This document shows, one piece after another, positions 47,155 through 57,959 of a DNA stretch of 64,000 nucleotides (the stretch's first letter is position 1; each line of letters starts with the position of its first letter). This DNA is from Gaiella sp. GTDB taxonomy: Bacteria > Actinomycetota > Thermoleophilia > Gaiellales > Gaiellaceae. The translations under genes were made by a program, and so were the position numbers. The stretch is from the NCBI RefSeq assembly GCF_039915195.1, contig NZ_JBDSNT010000105.1, positions 5,252 through 69,251 on the forward strand, written 5' to 3'. Under the pieces are notes generated by a model. That model saw nothing but the letters and a program-made list of their open reading frames with translations. It had not been told where the DNA came from and did not search any database.

Positions 47155-49000
47155 GCCGTTGCCGGTGTGGATCGGGAAGGACGAGCACGGCGGGATTCCC
47201 CGTCCAGCCCGCGTCGATCTGAGGCCTACGCCGAGCTGGCGCCTCGAGGCGGTCGTTGCGACCGAGCGGCCGCGATCACCCGCGGTCTCGGCTGACGGCA
47301 GCTCCGTCGTCTTCATCCAGGATCGCGACACCTCGGACCTGTGGTTGCTGGACATCGACGGGGGCCCGCCACTCAGGCTCACGACCGGCCGCGATCCCCA
47401 GCCGTACTGGGAGGACACACAGCCCGTTTTCTCGCGCGACGGGACGCAGGTCGCCTACGCCGACGACGGCTGGGTCTACGTCGTACCCACGTCCGGAGGG
47501 CCGCCCCGTAAGGTCGTCGAGGCCGGGAGCCCGGCCTGGATCGGGAGCGACCGGCTCGTCGTCTCGATCGAGCGCGACCGCTGCGATCGCCTCGCCGTCG
47601 TCACCGTCGCCGAGGCGTGGCCACAGCGGCTCGCCCGCAAGCACGTCGACCTCGAAACGCACGGGGACGAGCAGGGGGCCATCGTCTCACCCGACGGCTC
47701 GACCGTCGCCTACTCCTTCGTTCCGCACAGCGACTACAGCCGCTCTGAGGTGCGCGTCGCCGATGTCGTCGACGGCAAGGTGCGTGCGCTGACCGGGGCG
47801 CCGGGAATCCGCGACTACGTTCTCGACTGGTCGCCGAACGGGACGACGTTGGCGGTGGCCTCGGAGTCGAGCGGCTGGTTCGAGCTGCACCTCTTCGCCG
47901 TCGACGGCAGCGAGGCGCGTCAGCTGACCACCGCCGAAGCCGACTTCGTCGAAGCACGCTGGCATCCTGACGGTACCCGGCTCGTGGCCACCCGCGGACG
48001 GGCGGGCCGCTTCGACCTCGTCACCGTGGCCGTCGCAGACGGCATCGTCACGGACATCGCGGCGGGCGGCGTCTTTGGCGCGCCCGCCTGGACGGCGGAT
48101 GGGCGCATCATCGCGAGCTATGAGAGCCCCACCGAGCCTCCCGAGCTCCGGATCATCTCCGAAGGAGGCGAGCCGGTCGCGATCCATTCCCCGGCGCCGC
48201 TCTCGATCAGCCGCGCGCCGCACGTCGTCGCACACGAGTTGACGTACACGACCTTCGACGGTCGCGAGATCCAGGCCTTCCTCTACCGGCCTGCGACGGC
48301 CTCCACGGAGCATCCGGCTCCCGCGGTCGTGTACCCGCACGGAGGTCCGGCCGATTGCTACGGCGGCGAGTGGGACGGTCACGCGCAGTACTTCGTCGAC
48401 AAGGGGTACGCGTGGTTCGCAATCAACTACCGTGGCTCGACCGGGCACGGCAGCGATTTCGAGCGGGCCAATCATGGCGTCTGGGGGGTCGACGACACGA
48501 AAGATTGCCTCGCCGCGGCCGACTACCTCCGCACCGTCGACTGGGTCGACGGCGACCGGCTCGGCATCTTCGGCTCGAGCTACGGCTCGTACCTGGCGCT
48601 CCTCGCGGTCACCGACGACCCCGACCACCGGTTTCGCTGCGCGATCTGCAAGTACGGCGACTGTGACGCCCTCACGACCTGGGCCCAGGCAGACCGTGCG
48701 GGAGGTCAGATGCAGATGCGGATCATGGGGCATCCGAGCGCGAATCGCGAGGACTACATCGCAGCGTCGCCGGTTCACAGGCTCGACGCTGTCACCGCAC
48801 CGATCCTCGTCGCGCACGGCCACACCGACCGGCGCGTGCCGTTCGAGCAGTCGACTGAGCTCGTCGCCGAGCTTTCCCGGCTCGGCAAGACGTACGAGTA
48901 CGTCACCTACCCGACCGAGGGCCACGGCTTCCTCCGTGTTGGACCGCAGCTCGACTTCTATCGCCGCCTCGAGGGGTTCCTCGACTGGTACCTGCTGTGA
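47147..49000 (+). CDS. S9 family peptidase with beta-propeller
   Basis: PD40-like repeats, HGGP, GSSYG nucleophile, D(RRV) and EGH. Confidence 0.92.
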   Translation: MPEPLPVWIGKDEHGGIPRPARVDLRPTPSWRLEAVVATERPRSPAVSADGSSVVFIQDRDTSDLWLLDIDGGPPLRLTTGRDPQPYWEDTQPVFSRDGTQVAYADDGWVYVVPTSGGPPRKVVEAGSPAWIGSDRLVVSIERDRCDRLAVVTVAEAWPQRLARKHVDLETHGDEQGAIVSPDGSTVAYSFVPHSDYSRSEVRVADVVDGKVRALTGAPGIRDYVLDWSPNGTTLAVASESSGWFELHLFAVDGSEARQLTTAEADFVEARWHPDGTRLVATRGRAGRFDLVTVAVADGIVTDIAAGGVFGAPAWTADGRIIASYESPTEPPELRIISEGGEPVAIHSPAPLSISRAPHVVAHELTYTTFDGREIQAFLYRPATASTEHPAPAVVYPHGGPADCYGGEWDGHAQYFVDKGYAWFAINYRGSTGHGSDFERANHGVWGVDDTKDCLAAADYLRTVDWVDGDRLGIFGSSYGSYLALLAVTDDPDHRFRCAICKYGDCDALTTWAQADRAGGQMQMRIMGHPSANREDYIAASPVHRLDAVTAPILVAHGHTDRRVPFEQSTELVAELSRLGKTYEYVTYPTEGHGFLRVGPQLDFYRRLEGFLDWYLL

Positions 49001-49023
49001 TCGCGCGATCTTGCGGGCGACGT

Positions 49024-49068
49024 GCATCCCCTCGCGCGGGATGCGATAGTACTGACTCACGAGACAGT
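49024..49068. promoter_or_regulatory. Hairpin plus imperfect palindrome upstream of ABC transporter operon
   Basis: GCATCCC-N7-GGGATGC (49024-49044) and ACTGACTC-AC-GAGACAGT (49051-49068, 7/8 inverted match). Confidence 0.4.
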
Positions 49069-49127
49069 CCGATCGACTCCGGCGCTCACTGCGCCTTCCC
49101 GTTTCCGCGACACGAGGAGAGCATGAG

Positions 49128-50828
49128 ATGAGACTACGAAGGGTGATGGGGGTAGCTCTCGTCGCAACCGCACTGGCAGTTGCCGCCGGGTGCGGTGGTG
49201 GCGACGACTCGGGTGACGGGTCGTCGAGCGAGGGTGCCTCGTCGAGTGACGTACTCCGGATCGGCACCACCAACTACATCGATTCGCTCAATCCGTTCAA
49301 CTACATCGAGTCGCAGGCGTACACGGCGATGATGATGATCTACCCGCAGCTCATCCAGTACAACGCCGCGTTCGAGTTCGAGGGCGACTGGGCGGAGTCG
49401 TGGACGACCTCGGACGACGGCAAGGACTGGACGTTCAAGCTCCGGCCGGATACGAAGTGGTCGGACGGCGAGCCCATGACCGCTGCTGACGCTGCCTGGA
49501 CGATCAACACGACCGTGAAGTACAAGGATGACGCGACCGCCGTCGCCGCGTCGGCACTCGCCAACATCAAGGACGCCGAGGCGACCGACGACACGACCCT
49601 CGTGATCCACTACTCGTCGCCGGTCGGGAATGTCCTCCCGCAGCTCGAGCAGTTCTTCGTCCTCCCCGAGCACGTCTGGGCACCGAAGGCTGGGGCGAAG
49701 GGGAAGGGCCTGAAGACGTACAAGCCCGAGCTCAATCTGCCCATCATCGGCGGAGGTGCCTACACGATCACGCAGTACGAGAAGAAGGGGACGACGGCCT
49801 TCAAGCCCTACCCCGACTTCTACGGACCGCCCTCGCACGCGTCGGGTGTCGCGCTCACGTACTACACGAACGCCGACTCGATCATCGCCGATCTCAAGGC
49901 AGACAAGATCGACTGGGCCGATCAGGTGCCCTTCCAGGCCGTCGACGTTTTGAAGAAGGCCGAGAGCATCTCCGTCAACGAGTGGCCCGGAGCCGAGACG
50001 ACGAACATCACGTGGAACTCGAACCCGGACAAGAAGAAGAACCGGGAACTGCTCTCTCCCGCGGTGAAGAAGGCGCTCTCGATGTGCGTGGATCGTGACC
50101 AGATCATCGACGTCGTCTTCGCGGGCTACGCAAGCAAGGTCGAGAGCATCGTCGGCCACATCTCGCCGCTCGAGAACCCGGACCTGGGACCGCTCGAGTA
50201 CGACTGCTCGGCTGCGAATGCGGCACTGGACAAGCTCGGCTTCAAGCGGGGCTCGGATGGCCTCCGGGTCGTCCCGGCCGCGACCGGCGCCAACGCGCAG
50301 GCAGAGCACAAGATGTCGTACGAGATCGTGACGCCGACCTCGGCCGACTTCAACATCGACCGTTCCTTCGACATCGTGAAGGACGGCTTTGCAAAGCTCG
50401 GCGTCAAGGTGACGCAGAAGGTCGGTGGAGACGCAACCGCGACCTACGCCATCGAGACCGGCGACTGCTCTGGTCCGGAGAGCAACCAGTACCAGGGCTG
50501 GGACATCGCGATGTGGGACTGGGTCGGCTACCTCGACCCCGACTTCATGCTCTCGGTCACGACGAAGGGGCAATGGTGCTCGTGGAGCGACACCGGGGTA
50601 AACAATCCGGCCTACGACAAGCTCTACGTGAAGCAGGGCGTGACGGTCGACCCGGAGGCACGCAAGGCCGTCGTGTGGGCCGCGCAGAAGGTCATCTACG
50701 ACAACTTCTACTACACGCAGCTCACGAACCACGTGGCCATCGATGCGACCTCCAAGAAGTGGACAGGCTTCCAGTCGAAGCTTGGTGGCTACTCCAAGGT
50801 CTACTACACATCACCGCGCCAATCCTGA
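49128..50828 (+). CDS. Family 5 (peptide/nickel) ABC substrate-binding lipoprotein
   Basis: Lipobox LAVAAGC and family-5 signature WTFKLRPDTKWSDGEPMTAADA. Confidence 0.93.
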   Translation: MRLRRVMGVALVATALAVAAGCGGGDDSGDGSSSEGASSSDVLRIGTTNYIDSLNPFNYIESQAYTAMMMIYPQLIQYNAAFEFEGDWAESWTTSDDGKDWTFKLRPDTKWSDGEPMTAADAAWTINTTVKYKDDATAVAASALANIKDAEATDDTTLVIHYSSPVGNVLPQLEQFFVLPEHVWAPKAGAKGKGLKTYKPELNLPIIGGGAYTITQYEKKGTTAFKPYPDFYGPPSHASGVALTYYTNADSIIADLKADKIDWADQVPFQAVDVLKKAESISVNEWPGAETTNITWNSNPDKKKNRELLSPAVKKALSMCVDRDQIIDVVFAGYASKVESIVGHISPLENPDLGPLEYDCSAANAALDKLGFKRGSDGLRVVPAATGANAQAEHKMSYEIVTPTSADFNIDRSFDIVKDGFAKLGVKVTQKVGGDATATYAIETGDCSGPESNQYQGWDIAMWDWVGYLDPDFMLSVTTKGQWCSWSDTGVNNPAYDKLYVKQGVTVDPEARKAVVWAAQKVIYDNFYYTQLTNHVAIDATSKKWTGFQSKLGGYSKVYYTSPRQS

Positions 50829-50863
50829 GATGAACACGCCGAGAGGAGCGGGAGAGAACTGAG

Positions 50864-51838
50864 GTGAGAGGGGCCGATTACGTGGTGAAGCGCGTTGCGT
50901 TCGCGCTTCTGACCGTGTTCATCGCGATCACTCTCAACTTCGTCCTCTTCCGCGCCCTCTCGGGCGACGCCGTCTCCGCGCTGCGCTGTCGGCAGTGCAG
51001 CGCAGCGTTCAAGGAGGCACAGCGTCGCGAGCTCGGCCTCGACAAGTCGAAGTGGGAGCAGTACAAGCTCTATGTCGCGGATCTCGCTCGATTCGATCTC
51101 GGCAACTCCGTTCCGTCGGAGAAGCCCGTCAGGGGAGAGCTCGTCGAGCCGATCAAGAACTCGCTGCCGATGATCGCGCTCGGCACCTTGTTCGCGATCG
51201 TCTTCGGCACGCTCGTGGGGGTGATCTCCGCGTGGCGACGGGGGACGGCTGTCGACAAGGGGGGGCTGTATACCGCGCTCAGCTTCTATTCGATGCCGAC
51301 GCAATGGCTTGGTCTGATGCTGATCTTCTTCGTCGCGAGCGCCGTCGGGTTACCGTCGTCCGGGATCAAGACGCCCACGCTCGGGCTCTTCACCGACGCC
51401 TCGATGTGGGAGCTCTTCGTCGACCGGATGAAGCACATGATCCTGCCCGCACTGACGCTCGGGCTCGTCCTCTACGGTGATTACGCGCTGATTGTGCGCT
51501 CGGCGATGCTCGAGACGCTGGGAGAGGACTACGTTCTGACGGCGCGCGCGAAGGGGCTGAAGAACTGGGCGATCGTGAGAAGCCATGGGCTGCGCAACGC
51601 GATGTTGCCGATCATCACGCTCGTCGCGCTCTCGCTCGGCTTCATCATCGGCGGCTCGATCACCGTCGAGTACGTCTTCTCCTATCCGGGCCTCGGGTTG
51701 TTGACCGTCGAGGCGATCGACAAACGCGACTTCCCACTTCTCCAGGCGATCTTCCTCCTGCTCACCCTGTCCGTGATCTTCTTCAATCTCCTCGCTGACC
51801 TCCTGTATTTCACATTCGATCCGCGGGTGACGGCATGA
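50864..51838 (+). CDS. Opp/Dpp ABC permease (B-type)
   Basis: EAA loop EDYVLTARAKGL and YPGLG. Confidence 0.93.
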   Translation: MRGADYVVKRVAFALLTVFIAITLNFVLFRALSGDAVSALRCRQCSAAFKEAQRRELGLDKSKWEQYKLYVADLARFDLGNSVPSEKPVRGELVEPIKNSLPMIALGTLFAIVFGTLVGVISAWRRGTAVDKGGLYTALSFYSMPTQWLGLMLIFFVASAVGLPSSGIKTPTLGLFTDASMWELFVDRMKHMILPALTLGLVLYGDYALIVRSAMLETLGEDYVLTARAKGLKNWAIVRSHGLRNAMLPIITLVALSLGFIIGGSITVEYVFSYPGLGLLTVEAIDKRDFPLLQAIFLLLTLSVIFFNLLADLLYFTFDPRVTA

Positions 51839-52800
51839 GCCTGATCGAGCCGGTTCAGGCGGCCGACGAGGACGGCCTCGCGCAGGGAATCCTGAAGACG
51901 AGCCGACCCGGCTTCCTGCGGACGACGCTGCTCGGTAACAGGCCGGCGATGATCGGCCTCTTCATCCTTACGTTCTTCGTCCTTGTTGCGATCTTCGCCC
52001 CGTGGCTCGAACCGTACGATCCAACGGAGAAGGTCGGGCCTGTCTACGCGCCGCCGAGTAGCGAGTTCTGGCTCGGCACCGACGACGGCGGCGGGGACAT
52101 GCTGTCGCTGTTGATCGCCGGAAGCCGTGTCTCGCTCGGCGTGGGTTTCGTGGCGGCACTCGTGGCGATCCTGATCGGCGGCACCGTCGGCGTCCTCTCC
52201 GGATACTTCGGCGGGAAGACGGACACCGTGCTGATGCGATTCACGGACTACATGCTCGTGATCCCGGACATCCCGCTGATGATCATCGTCGCCGCCCTCT
52301 TCGGTCGTAGCTTGACGAACATCGTGCTCATCATCGGGGTCATCTACTGGACGAGCACGGCACGTCTGATCCGGGCCCAGGTGAAGAGTGTTCGCGAGCG
52401 GGTGTACGTGAAGCGGGCGCAGGCGCTCGGCGCAGGCAACCGGAGGCTCATCTTCAAGCACGTGCTGCCCCAGGTGGCGCCGCTCCTGATCGCGAACACC
52501 GTGCTGATGATCGCGCTTGCGATCTTCGCCGAGACGTTCATCACCTTCCTTGGCCTCGGTGACCCGAGCACGATCTCGTGGGGGAGGCTGATCGAGAACG
52601 CGTTCGAGGGCGAGGCAACGATCAACAACGCGTGGTGGGCGATCGTGCCTCCCGGCGTCTGCGTGACGATCGTGATTCTCGCCTGCACGATGATCGGGCA
52701 GTCGGTCGAGGACGGCCTCAACCCGCGCCTGCGCGTCGGGCATCTCTCGGTGAAGCGGTTCCGCGTTCGTCCGGGCGCAGGTTCGGAGGCGGCGAAGTGA
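51835..52800 (+). CDS. Opp/Dpp ABC permease (C-type)
   Basis: WLGTD...GSRVSL, YVKRAQALGA and FLGLG. Confidence 0.93.
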   Translation: MSLIEPVQAADEDGLAQGILKTSRPGFLRTTLLGNRPAMIGLFILTFFVLVAIFAPWLEPYDPTEKVGPVYAPPSSEFWLGTDDGGGDMLSLLIAGSRVSLGVGFVAALVAILIGGTVGVLSGYFGGKTDTVLMRFTDYMLVIPDIPLMIIVAALFGRSLTNIVLIIGVIYWTSTARLIRAQVKSVRERVYVKRAQALGAGNRRLIFKHVLPQVAPLLIANTVLMIALAIFAETFITFLGLGDPSTISWGRLIENAFEGEATINNAWWAIVPPGVCVTIVILACTMIGQSVEDGLNPRLRVGHLSVKRFRVRPGAGSEAAK

Positions 52801-53795
52801 GCACGCGCCCTCCCGTGGTCAGGGTCGAGGATCTGAACGTGTGGTTCGACTTGCCTGGCGGCAGCGAGCTACACGCCGTCCAGGGGGTGACGTTCGAGCT
52901 GCGCTCGGGCGAGCGGATGGGGCTCGTCGGTGAGTCCGGCTGCGGGAAGACGACGACGATCCTCGCCATGATGGGGCTGCTTCCCGCGACGGCATCCGTG
53001 TCGGGGAAGGTGTTCCTCGACGGGCAGGACATCCTCTACGGCGGCGAGGAGACGATCAGCCCGCACCGCTGGAGCGACATCTCGATGGTCTTCCAGGGCG
53101 CGATGAACGCCTTCAACCCCGTCAAGACCGTCGGCGCCCAGATCGCTGAGCCGATGGTGCTCCATGGCATGGCGACGGGGAGGAGCGCGCGCTCACGGGT
53201 TGCGGAGCTGCTCGAGCTCGTCGGTATCGCCGGCGACCGGGCCGACCGCTACCCGCACGAGTTCTCCGGCGGCATGCGTCAGCGGGCGGCGATCGCGATG
53301 GCGCTCGCGTGCTCTCCGAAGGTACTGCTCGCCGATGAGCCGACGACGGCGCTCGACGTGATGGTGCAGGCCCAGATCCTCGAGTTGCTCGTCGGCCTGA
53401 GCAAGACGCTCGGCGAGGAGCTCGGGTTGACGGTGATCCTCGTCACTCACGATCTTCCCGTCGTCGCTCAGGTGTGCGATCGCGCTGCCGTGATGTACGC
53501 GGGAGAGATCGTCGAGATGGGTGGGATGTCCGACATCTACCACGACCCTCGCCACCCCTATTCCCGGATGCTGTTCTCCGCGACCCCCGATCTCCTCGGA
53601 GACGACGAGGTGATCTCGATTCCAGGCGCACCCCCGCGCCTCGATCGCGAGATCGTTGGTTGCGCGTTCCGGCCCCGCTGCGATTCGGCGTTCGAGCCGT
53701 GCTCGACGGTTCGTCCCGGTCGAAGCGAGCCGGTGGCGGGCCACGAGGCGCGCTGCCATCTCAATGATCCGTCGCTGACGGAGCTTGCGTCGTGA
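52797..53795 (+). CDS. Opp/Dpp ABC ATP-binding protein (D-type)
   Basis: GESGCGKT, FSGGMRQR, DEPTTALD and C-terminal Cys motifs. GTGA overlap. Confidence 0.94.
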   Translation: MSTRPPVVRVEDLNVWFDLPGGSELHAVQGVTFELRSGERMGLVGESGCGKTTTILAMMGLLPATASVSGKVFLDGQDILYGGEETISPHRWSDISMVFQGAMNAFNPVKTVGAQIAEPMVLHGMATGRSARSRVAELLELVGIAGDRADRYPHEFSGGMRQRAAIAMALACSPKVLLADEPTTALDVMVQAQILELLVGLSKTLGEELGLTVILVTHDLPVVAQVCDRAAVMYAGEIVEMGGMSDIYHDPRHPYSRMLFSATPDLLGDDEVISIPGAPPRLDREIVGCAFRPRCDSAFEPCSTVRPGRSEPVAGHEARCHLNDPSLTELAS

Positions 53796-54826
53796 GAGAG
53801 GCGGCCGAGATAGCGGAGGCGAAGGTGTCCGTGGCGGACGGGTCGCTGCTCGAGGTCGACGACCTGATCAGCCACTACCCGGTGCCGCGCGGTCTGCTCG
53901 GAGCGATGATGCGCCGGCCCCAGCTGACGGTGAAGGCGGTCGACGGCGTGACCTTCTCGGTCGCCGCCGGCGAGATGGTGGCGCTTGTCGGCGAGTCGGG
54001 TTGCGGCAAGACGACGACCGCACAGACGGTGATCCGGATGGTCGAGAACCAGGGCGGCTCGATCCGCTTCAACGGCGTAGAGATCGGAGAGCTGAGCCCT
54101 GGCGCGCTGAGGCCGCTGCGCCGGGAGATCCAGATCATCTACCAGGACCCGTACGAGTCGCTCGACCCGCGGTTCACGGTGCGGGACACGATCGAGGAGC
54201 CGATTCGGGTGCACTCGCTCGTCCCCCGCAAGGAAGACAGGGAGGCGAAAGTGCACGAGGCGATGGAGCGCGCGGGCTTGACCCCGCCCGAGCTATTCAT
54301 CGACCGCTATCCCCACGAGCTGTCAGGTGGCCAGCGTCAGCGCGTCGCGATCGCGGCGGCGCTCGTGCTCGAGCCGAAGCTCCTGATCGCGGACGAGCCG
54401 GTGTCGATGCTCGACGTGTCCGTGCGAGCGGGGATCCTCGCGCTCCTCGACGGACTCCGTAGAGAAGGCATGGGCGTCCTCATGATCACGCACGATCTCT
54501 CGACGGCCGCCCATTTCGCGGACCGGATCGCGGTGATGTACCTGGGCCGAATCGTCGAAGAGGGGCCGGCGCGCGATGTCGTGCGCAATCCGCAGCATCC
54601 GTACACGAAGGCGCTGATCTCCGTCGTGCCGCGCCGCGATCCCGACGAGGAGTCTTTCCCGCAGATCCTCACGGGCGAGACGCCGAACCCCGTGCGGGTG
54701 CCACCGGGCTGCCGCTTCCACCCGCGCTGCCCGGTGGCCGAGGAGCGATGCAAGGAGACGGATCCCGAGCTGCGCGTGTTGGATCGCGTGGCGGCGGGGC
54801 ACCGGGCAGCCTGCCTTCTTCTCTAG
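53792..54826 (+). CDS. Opp/Dpp ABC ATP-binding protein (F-type)
   Basis: GESGCGKT, LSGGQRQR, DEPVSMLD and GCRFHPRCP. Confidence 0.94.
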   Translation: MREAAEIAEAKVSVADGSLLEVDDLISHYPVPRGLLGAMMRRPQLTVKAVDGVTFSVAAGEMVALVGESGCGKTTTAQTVIRMVENQGGSIRFNGVEIGELSPGALRPLRREIQIIYQDPYESLDPRFTVRDTIEEPIRVHSLVPRKEDREAKVHEAMERAGLTPPELFIDRYPHELSGGQRQRVAIAAALVLEPKLLIADEPVSMLDVSVRAGILALLDGLRREGMGVLMITHDLSTAAHFADRIAVMYLGRIVEEGPARDVVRNPQHPYTKALISVVPRRDPDEESFPQILTGETPNPVRVPPGCRFHPRCPVAEERCKETDPELRVLDRVAAGHRAACLLL

Positions 54827-54907
54827 CCGCCTCTGCACGTCAGCCGGGTCGCGCGCGGTAGCGATACGGTGTCGCGAGGAGTCCGATTTCGACCAAGGGA
54901 GCAACGC

Positions 54908-55831
54908 GTGAGCGGTACGTCGCAGGAGCCGATCGGGTGGATCGGGTGCGGAGTCATGGGGAAGTCGATGTGCGGGCACCTGCTCGATGCCGGCCATCCG
55001 GTCACCGTCTACTCGCGCACGAAGTCGCGTGCCGACGACCTCGTTGCGCGCGGGGCCGTGTGGGTCGATACGCCGGCAGAGGTTGCCGCCCGCGCGAACG
55101 TCGTCTTCACCATGGTCGGCTTTCCGTCCGACGTTCGCGAGGTCGTCCTCGGCGAGCGCGGCACGCTCGTGGGCGCGCGGGCAGGGTCGATTCTCGTCGA
55201 CATGACGACGAGCGAGCCGACGCTGGCGCAGGAGATCAGTGTCGCGGCCCTCGCGCGCGGGCTCGAGTCGATCGACGCGCCGGTCTCCGGCGGGGATGTC
55301 GGTGCCCGCAACGCGACGCTCTCGATCATGATCGGCGGTGACGCCCCGGCGATCGAGCGGGTCAGGCCGCTGTTCGAGATCATGGGCAAGACGATCGTCC
55401 GGCAGGGCGACGCGGGAGCGGGCCAGCATGCGAAGATGGTCAACCAGGTCCTGATCGCGACCCTGATGATCGGCGTCTGCGAGGCGCTGCTGTACGCGTA
55501 CAGGGCCGGGCTCGATCTCGAGACAGTGCTCGAGGCGGTCTCCGGTGGCGCTGCGGGGTCCTGGTCGCTCACGAACTACGCGCCGCGGATGCTGAAGGGC
55601 GACTTCGAGCCGGGATTCTTCGTCGAGCACTTCATCAAGGACATGGAGATCGCGCTCGGTGAGGCGCGGCGAATGAACCTCGCGCTCCCGGGCCTCGCGC
55701 TTGCACACGAGCTGTATCTCGCGCTCCGCGCTCAGGGCGGAGGGCGGAAGGGGACGCAGGCGCTGTTGCTCGCGCTTGCTCGGCTCTCGGACGTCACCTG
55801 GGAGCCGAGGGTGAGCCCGGCGACAGGCTGA
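54908..55831 (+). CDS. NAD(P)-dependent oxidoreductase, 3-hydroxyisobutyrate dehydrogenase family
   Basis: [24 protein letters not shown] and HFIKD. Confidence 0.92.
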   Translation: MSGTSQEPIGWIGCGVMGKSMCGHLLDAGHPVTVYSRTKSRADDLVARGAVWVDTPAEVAARANVVFTMVGFPSDVREVVLGERGTLVGARAGSILVDMTTSEPTLAQEISVAALARGLESIDAPVSGGDVGARNATLSIMIGGDAPAIERVRPLFEIMGKTIVRQGDAGAGQHAKMVNQVLIATLMIGVCEALLYAYRAGLDLETVLEAVSGGAAGSWSLTNYAPRMLKGDFEPGFFVEHFIKDMEIALGEARRMNLALPGLALAHELYLALRAQGGGRKGTQALLLALARLSDVTWEPRVSPATG

Positions 55832-55920
55832 AGCGTCCAAAGCTGGCCACTGGCCCTCGAAGCGCTCCTTCACTCCCGGCCCGCGGGCGGCCCTTCGGGA
55901 TCAGGCGAAGCCGGCAGAAA
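55824..55920 (-). repeat. Diverged inverted copy of the element found at 6148-6360
   Basis: CAGGCTGAAGCGTCCA (55824-55839) is the exact reverse complement of 6345-6360. GGGCGGCCCTTCGGGATCAGGCGAAGCCGGCAGAAA (55885-55920) matches the reverse complement of 6148-6187 and 6301-6340. Confidence 0.8.
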
Positions 55921-55923
55921 AAC

Positions 55924-57897
55924 TCAGGCCAGATGACGGGGAAAGCTGCGCTCGAAGCGCTGCTCGCGGCGGAACGGCTCCACGCCCGGCACCGGTGTGA
56001 CCTCCTCGACGACCAGGTCGATCACGACGTGGTACGCCTCGGCGTCCGAGTGCATGTCGAGCCGTGCCTCCGTGCGCACGTCTGCCTCGGGCCACGTGAT
56101 GCGGTACACCGTCTTCGCTCGAGCCCACGCGTGGGCCGGATCATCGAGCGAGACGCCGACGGTTCCCTCGTACCCTTCCTCGCAGCGCGCTCCGAATGGC
56201 GCCTCGTAGATCGAGCCGTAGCTCGTGACCGCGCGCGTCTCGTGTGCGAGCTGATCCTCCTCGATCACCCACACGGTCGGCGGCTGCTCGACCTCCTTCG
56301 AGGGGGCGTGCGTGTCCTTGCCCGTCGTCGGTGGGAGGGTCGGGGCGGGGAGCGGTGGCGGCCCCGAGAGAACGGGCAGAACCAGCTCCACGCTTCCCCG
56401 CTCGACCTGGAGCGGGGCGCCGCTCGGTGGCGGCCAGGTGTTCGGCCAGTCCGCGCCGGAGAGCGCGAGCCGTACCCTATGGCCCTCCTCGAAGATCCAC
56501 GACGTCGCCTCGAGCTCGATCTCGACGGGCGTTGGAACGCCCGGTTCGAGGGCAACCGGCACCGTGTGGCCGTTGCGGTGGGTGAGGTTGAGAATCGCGC
56601 GCCCCGCGAGCGCCGAGACGCCGTCCGGGAAGACGTCACACAGACGTACCGAGAGGTAAGCGACCGGCACGGGCGAGGTGACCGTGAGCTTCACACGTGG
56701 GTGTCCCATCACGTCGAGATCGGCCTCCGAGAGATCCCAGTCGTAGGTGAGCGAGAGCGCGTCGTCGAAGCGCTGGTCGGACGGAAGGCCCCACGGGCCG
56801 CTCCCGGCGCAGGAGATCCAGGCGGCGCGGCCGACGTCGCCGCGCACGTGAATCGTCTCGAGACCCTCTCCCTCGGGCTTGAGGACGTGCTCCATCAGTC
56901 GCTCGGCCGGCCAGGTCGACTCGCTCCGCCATTCGCCGTTGACGAGCGCGAGATCGGGTGCGGGACGGGTGGAGCGGCGGGCGAACACCGCGATCGGCGG
57001 TTCGGCATCGACGCCGTTCTCCTCATCCGCGAGCCAGCGACGGAACCAGCGGATCAGCTCGGGAACGAGGTCGATGTGCGGGCCGGGCCGCGCGGTTGCC
57101 GTGGACTGGTGGCCCCAGGGGCCGAGAATCACCCGCTTCGGGCAGCGCAGCGCCTCGAACCCACGCAGCGCAATGTTCGTGTACCCGTCGGCCCAGCCGG
57201 CGACGATCATCGTCGCGCACCTGATCCTTGCGTAGTCGGGCCGCACCGAGCCGTGGCGCCAGTAGGGGCCGTCGGTCTGCTCCTCGAACCAACGCAGCAG
57301 CCACGGCTCGACGCCGTCGATCCGCTTGGCCCATTCCTCGCGCCAGCCCTCGCCGAACACCTGAGGCACGGGTGGAAGTGCATTGCACGCCACCATGTAG
57401 AGCGGCCAGTCGATCAGGTCGAGCGCTTTGACGGCGCCACCCATGTAGTGGACGTCGTCCAGATAGCGATCGTCGGACGCGTAGATCGGGGCGATCGCGT
57501 GGAGCGCAGGGGGGCGCAGGCAGGCGACCTGGAGCGAGTTGAACCCGGACCACGACGTGCCGTACATGCCGACGCGGCCGTTCGACCAGTCCTGCTCTGC
57601 GAGCCAGGCGATCACCTGGCAGATGTCATCGAGCTCCGCTGCGGTGTACTCGTCCGTCGCGATGCCGCTCGACGAGCCCGTGCCGCGAATGTCCAGACGG
57701 CAGACCACGAGCCCGCCCTCCTGGCACAGCCGCTCGTACTCGCCGACGTACGACGACGTCAGGTCGTCCATCCGGTACGGCAGCGCCTCGAGCGCAACCG
57801 GGGCCGGCTGCACATCCGGCAGCCACAGCTGGGCAGCGAGGCGCGTGCCGTCTGCGACAGTGATGAAGATGTGTCGGTGCTCCATGCCCGGGATCAT
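55924..57897 (-). CDS. CocE/NonD family hydrolase (X-Pro dipeptidyl-peptidase-like)
   Basis: DIRGTGSSSG, GMYGTSWSG nucleophile, GWADGY, GPWGH and a C-terminal PepX-like domain. Start 57897 or 57885. Confidence 0.9.
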   Translation of the reverse strand: MIPGMEHRHIFITVADGTRLAAQLWLPDVQPAPVALEALPYRMDDLTSSYVGEYERLCQEGGLVVCRLDIRGTGSSSGIATDEYTAAELDDICQVIAWLAEQDWSNGRVGMYGTSWSGFNSLQVACLRPPALHAIAPIYASDDRYLDDVHYMGGAVKALDLIDWPLYMVACNALPPVPQVFGEGWREEWAKRIDGVEPWLLRWFEEQTDGPYWRHGSVRPDYARIRCATMIVAGWADGYTNIALRGFEALRCPKRVILGPWGHQSTATARPGPHIDLVPELIRWFRRWLADEENGVDAEPPIAVFARRSTRPAPDLALVNGEWRSESTWPAERLMEHVLKPEGEGLETIHVRGDVGRAAWISCAGSGPWGLPSDQRFDDALSLTYDWDLSEADLDVMGHPRVKLTVTSPVPVAYLSVRLCDVFPDGVSALAGRAILNLTHRNGHTVPVALEPGVPTPVEIELEATSWIFEEGHRVRLALSGADWPNTWPPPSGAPLQVERGSVELVLPVLSGPPPLPAPTLPPTTGKDTHAPSKEVEQPPTVWVIEEDQLAHETRAVTSYGSIYEAPFGARCEEGYEGTVGVSLDDPAHAWARAKTVYRITWPEADVRTEARLDMHSDAEAYHVVIDLVVEEVTPVPGVEPFRREQRFERSFPRHLA

Positions 57898-57959
57898 CCC
57901 AGGTAGGGTCGCTGCGTGCGCTGTCCGGGGAATGCGAAGCGTTTGCAGCCGGCCGAGTT

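Noticed and set aside
55895-55945. Glycine-riboswitch- or SRP-like words (GAAAAACTCAGGC; CAGG...GCAG)
   Set aside because: Partly inside the CocE coding end, located between convergent genes, and lacking the rest of either consensus.
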